Source of the DNA: Eledone cirrhosa
Taxonomy: Eukaryota
DNA length: 64,000 bases
NCBI GenBank assembly: GCA_964016885.1
Contig: OZ024745.1
Location: forward strand, 125,178,001 to 125,242,000
Direction of reading: 5' to 3'
The notes under the pieces were generated by a model that made no database searches, had not been told where the DNA came from, and worked only from the letters and a program-made list of their open reading frames with translations. Shown piece after piece: positions 58,590 to 64,000 of the stretch; position 1 is the first letter of the stretch, and every line of letters begins with the position of its first letter. A program made the position numbers and the translations under genes.

Positions 58590-61457
58590 GCGATTAGGTC
58601 TTCAAAATGTTTATTATAAACATACAGAATATTTTCGAATATTCTATGTCTATATTCACATATATATCGCTATTTCAGAGCATTTATTCCAATTTCTAAT
58701 TTCTGCCGGACCGGCAACCGCTCTTTCAAACCAGTTCCTGTACACAGCTAAGTATTCTATAAGTCTCTAGCTGTGTCATTCTCGATAAAAGCACTGGATA
58801 TGTAGTCCTGATGAATTCTAACAAGAATGAAACGCGTAGACTTACTTCCCTTGCTTTTATCGAGAATCTAATTGTAATACGTGACGTATTCTATTCTATA
58901 GCGATTAGGTCTTCAAAATGTTTATTATAAACATACAGAATATTTTCGAATATTCTATGTCTATATTCACATATATATCGCTATTTCAGAGCATTTATTC
59001 CAATTTCTAATTTCTGCCGGACCGGCAACCGCTCTTTCAAACCAGTTCCTGTACACAGCTAAGTATTCTATAAGTCTCTAGCTGTGTCATTCTCGATAAA
59101 AGCACTGGATATGTAGTCCTGATGAATTCTAACAAGAATGAAACGCGTAGACTTACTTCCCTTGCTTTTATCGAGAATCTAATTGTAATACGTGACGTAT
59201 TCTATTCTATAGCGATTAGGTCTTCAAAATGTTTATTATAAACATACAGAATATTTTCGAATATTCTATGTCTATATTCACATATATATCGCTATTTCAG
59301 AGCATTTATTCCAATTTCTAATTTCTGCCGGACCGGCAACCGCTCTTTCAAACCAGTTCCTGTACACAGCTAAGTATTCTATAAGTCTCTAGCTGTGTCA
59401 TTCTCGATAAAAGCACTGGATATGTAGTCCTGATGAATTCTAACAAGAATGAAACGCGTAGACTTACTTCCCTTGCTTTTATCGAGAATCTAATTGTAAT
59501 ACGTGACGTATTCTATTCTATAGCGATTAGGTCTTCAAAATGTTTATTATAAACATACAGAATATTTTCGAATATTCTATGTCTATATTCACATATATAT
59601 CGCTATTTCAGAGCATTTATTCCAATTTCTAATTTCTGCCGGACCGGCAACCGCTCTTTCAAACCAGTTCCTGTACACAGCTAAGTATTCTATAAGTCTC
59701 TAGCTGTGTCATTCTCGATAAAAGCACTGGATATGTAGTCCTGATGAATTCTAACAAGAATGAAACGCGTAGACTTACTTCCCTTGCTTTTATCGAGAAT
59801 CTAATTGTAATACGTGACGTATTCTATTCTATAGCGATTAGGTCTTCAAAATGTTTATTATAAACATACAGAATATTTTCGAATATTCTATGTCTATATT
59901 CACATATATATCGCTATTTCAGAGCATTTATTCCAATTTCTAATTTCTGCCGGACCGGCAACCGCTCTTTCAAACCAGTTCCTGTACACAGCTAAGTATT
60001 CTATAAGTCTCTAGCTGTGTCATTCTCGATAAAAGCACTGGATATGTAGTCCTGATGAATTCTAACAAGAATGAAACGCGTAGACTTACTTCCCTTGCTT
60101 TTATCGAGAATCTAATTGTAATACGTGACGTATTCTATTCTATAGCGATTAGGTCTTCAAAATGTTTATTATAAACATACAGAATATTTTCGAATATTCT
60201 ATGTCTATATTCACATATATATCGCTATTTCAGAGCATTTATTCCAATTTCTAATTTCTGCCGGACCGGCAACCGCTCTTTCAAACCAGTTCCTGTACAC
60301 AGCTAAGTATTCTATAAGTCTCTAGCTGTGTCATTCTCGATAAAAGCACTGGATATGTAGTCCTGATGAATTCTAACAAGAATGAAACGCGTAGACTTAC
60401 TTCCCTTGCTTTTATCGAGAATCTAATTGTAATACGTGACGTATTCTATTCTATAGCGATTAGGTCTTCAAAATGTTTATTATAAACATACAGAATATTT
60501 TCGAATATTCTATGTCTATATTCACATATATATCGCTATTTCAGAGCATTTATTCCAATTTCTAATTTCTGCCGGACCGGCAACCGCTCTTTCAAACCAG
60601 TTCCTGTACACAGCTAAGTATTCTATAAGTCTCTAGCTGTGTCATTCTCGATAAAAGCACTGGATATGTAGTCCTGATGAATTCTAACAAGAATGAAACG
60701 CGTAGACTTACTTCCCTTGCTTTTATCGAGAATCTAATTGTAATACGTGACGTATTCTATTCTATAGCGATTAGGTCTTCAAAATGTTTATTATAAACAT
60801 ACAGAATATTTTCGAATATTCTATGTCTATATTCACATATATATCGCTATTTCAGAGCATTTATTCCAATTTCTAATTTCTGCCGGACCGGCAACCGCTC
60901 TTTCAAACCAGTTCCTGTACACAGCTAAGTATTCTATAAGTCTCTAGCTGTGTCATTCTCGATAAAAGCACTGGATATGTAGTCCTGATGAATTCTAACA
61001 AGAATGAAACGCGTAGACTTACTTCCCTTGCTTTTATCGAGAATCTAATTGTAATACGTGACGTATTCTATTCTATAGCGATTAGGTCTTCAAAATGTTT
61101 ATTATAAACATACAGAATATTTTCGAATATTCTATGTCTATATTCACATATATATCGCTATTTCAGAGCATTTATTCCAATTTCTAATTTCTGCCGGACC
61201 GGCAACCGCTCTTTCAAACCAGTTCCTGTACACAGCTAAGTATTCTATAAGTCTCTAGCTGTGTCATTCTCGATAAAAGCACTGGATATGTAGTCCTGAT
61301 GAATTCTAACAAGAATGAAACGCGTAGACTTACTTCCCTTGCTTTTATCGAGAATCTAATTGTAATACGTGACGTATTCTATTCTATAGCGATTAGGTCT
61401 TCAAAATGTTTATTATAAACATACAGAATATTTTCGAATATTCTATGTCTATATTCA
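58590..61457 (+). repeat. Retrozyme array, right arm: about 9.2 tandem 311-bp monomers, 9 HHRs on the plus strand (58804+311n)
   Basis: GCGATTAGGTC at 58590, 58901 ... 61389; reverse complement of the left-arm monomer. Confidence 0.95.
58804..58842 (+). ncRNA. Minimal type I hammerhead ribozyme of the 311-bp monomer (representative of 16 copies)
   Basis: AGTC CTGATGA ATTCT-AACA-AGAAT GAAA CGCG TA GACT; predicted cleavage after A58838. Enclosed by a 16-bp stem ATTCTCGATAAAAGCA/TGCTTTTATCGAGAAT. Confidence 0.9.
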
Positions 61458-61480
61458 TATATATATATATATATATTTAT

Positions 61481-63150
61481 TTATTAAAATAATAGATTAA
61501 ATTTTAAGCAAAGATACGCTGCTTTCACCTTTAACGGGATCTTCTGAAACTAAAAAAAGTCAATCTGAAAGCAGAAGTAAATATTTCGAAAAACGTTGCA
61601 ACCGAAGGAAGACAGGAAGACGATACTTGGTTCGTGGAAACGTTCCCTGGCAAAGAACGTAAAAAAACGAAGATAATACCTCATTATTTGGAACGTTGAA
61701 AACAATTACACGCAAAGACAAAACCACGTTTATGGTATAACTGAAGTCTTAGCCTAAAATTCTATTTAGGAAACCGAATGATTCTCGGCTTCAGAGTTTA
61801 GAATAATGTAAATAAATTACAGAGGTAATTGAAATCAACAAAAATTAAATATATACCTACACGTATCCATATACGTACATACATATTCATACGCGAAAAC
61901 ACCCGCCATGGGTATGCAAATATAAGCACGTACACAAAAGAACGCACACACATACAGAACCCACGCAACGCCTGAACCCGCACACATACGAATGTATACA
62001 CCAAATAGACATAAAAATATATATTAAAAATATGTGTGTGTGTATACATATAATTATATAAACGTATATAAATATACACACATAAATACGTATAAAACGC
62101 GCCCACACACATACCTACATGTAAATACACATATGTTCGCTAAACTACATCAACCAAAACACAAAGTACACATATACACACACCCTACATACGTATGAGC
62201 CCGCATACTCACATAGACGCAAACCTCACGTATACACATAATCATATGCACATGTACCAGTATATATAATAATATATACGCCTATAACATATACAAGCAA
62301 ATATACGTACGAGAAAGTATACGTACTTTCACAAAACATACAGGTAATATATACTTACCTATACAAATAAGTAATGGTATAAACATAAAATATACTTAGC
62401 TACCACATCAAGACGTAATATATCCGCGTATAGTTCGTACTATCCGTTAGGGTATAATGTGGGGCTGTAATACAGGAAAGTTTTGTGCAATTTATGTTTA
62501 CAAGCCGAAATCGCCTCAGATATTTTGTTTAAGATGTGGTCTTTGGCGTAGAGTATTTTACAGGGCCTCAGCGGCGCAGAGGTCACATGGTCTTTTATTT
62601 CCGTTATACGATCTAGCCTTAGCTACGATCTCCCAGTGTAACTTATATTGGGTGCGGTTGTCTTTTAGACTCCAGATATAAGCTGAAAGTGACGTCATAT
62701 TCCTTCTTAAAGTGTTAAGAAAAGAATAGGTATGCATGTAAAGACTCTGCTTGAATCTATTGGCGGTTAACCCTATGTAGGCCCTACGTGACATGGGTGT
62801 TTCAACCTTACATTTGTAGACAATGTTACTAGAGAGGCATTTCCCGGATGGGGGTCAGTCAACCTGATTCCTACAATTACAGTTAGTACTAGCTACAAGG
62901 TTGCACATGTTCCTACGGCTAGGTAATTTAGCTAAATTTTAAGCTGTGATGTTATGTGCAAGGTTTAGGAGTCGTAGAGTAAGAAATTTTAATGGTATTT
63001 CTATTAAAAATGTTAGTATATTTATGTGCTGGGGCGAAATGCTTCATAATAAGGGAGAAAGATCTTAGTTAATGGTTTTATATATTTGATATATATTTAT
63101 CCTTATCGAGCCCTCTTTGGATTTTTGTCTTCAAATTTATTATTATTACT
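61481..63150 (-). mobile_element. 5'-truncated Penelope-like element: GIY-YIG endonuclease remnant (about 62480-63055) plus 3' UTR/pseudo-LTR
   Basis: Minus: CNCRNQ...GKCLSSNIVYKCKVETPMSRRAYIGLTANRFKQ...TSLSAYIWSLKD...WEIVAKARSYNGNKRPCDLCAAE...LNKISEAISACKHK. Confidence 0.9.
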
Positions 63151-63171
63151 ATATATATATATATAGGTATG

Positions 63172-63289
<118 letters not shown>

Positions 63290-64000
63290 AGAGAGAGAGG
63301 GTGAGATGTATATATGTCTCTCTGTATGTGTGTGAGCGCGCGTGTGTGTGTATGCATGTATGTGTGATTGTCTGTATGTGAACAAGGAAACATTTGTGTT
63401 AAGAAGCGTTAAGCGTATTTGAATTTCAAAAAGTCGTTAGTTTATTGTACGCTACTAAAATACACGATTACATATAATGTAGCCGAATAATTTTGGCATA
63501 GAAAACTATTAAGTGAATATGCATATGAAGTATCAAGGAGTTGCTACTAATAAAACAGCTAAAATCATCCATTAATAATAGACCAATAGAATAGACAGCA
63601 TATCTAAGAACGTGTGGTTGTGATATTTTATAAAACGGCAACTGTGTTTTTTTTTTTTTAGATAAGATCTAATATGTTTGGTTGTTTTTCAGCAAATGCA
63701 CTACGGGTGTGAGTGCAGTACTCTAACATATAAATTGCCGAAGATTTGTAGTAGCATCGTTGCATATGAAATGTAATGTTGCATTGAATGTTTTGTTTTC
63801 TTATACACCTTAGGAAAGAGAGATTTTTTCAACTAACTAATAATATTAATAAACACCAACTTTTGTGATGTCGATAGTAAAATTTGTAGAGAATGGGTAA
63901 AGTGAACTGCACTACATTGTTGTTTCCATTAACACTCTGAATTCAAATTCTGCTTTGGTCTTCTTCCCCTTAGATACTTCAATAATTGTTAAAATAAATA

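Noticed and set aside
58561-58770. 69-aa ORF across the array junction
   Set aside because: Created by chance at the inversion; the monomer itself has no ORF.
56420-61457. CRISPR array or centromeric satellite interpretation
   Set aside because: No unique spacers or cas genes, and the context is eukaryotic. The HHR in each unit, central inversion and (TA)n flanks favour a retrozyme.

Overview
AT-rich, microsatellite-dense, essentially non-genic eukaryotic DNA. The tRNA-derived SINE families and long (TA)n tracts look like an octopus/coleoid cephalopod genome (inference). No intact protein-coding gene is visible; most ORF-track entries are microsatellite artefacts or decayed transposons: Penelope-like RT/GIY-YIG, CRE, RTE, Tx1/L1, R4/Dong, a Chapaev3 DNA transposon, MITEs, Helitron ends and SINEs. 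The main signal is a set of type I hammerhead ribozymes (HHRs). Five unrelated non-coding monomers (about 205, 311, 421, 468 and 532 bp) each carry one minimal HHR and occur as partial or full tandem repeats inserted in (TA)n tracts. The largest is a 5-kb, nearly invariant array of about 16 copies of the 311-bp monomer (56420-61457), split into two inverted arms. Further HHRs lie in Penelope-like terminal repeats. All inverted loci share one geometry, with RNA 3' ends pointing outward. This fits a Penelope-dependent, circular-RNA (non-LTR retrozyme) system with a very recent insertion. Everything was read by eye; no folding or database search was run.
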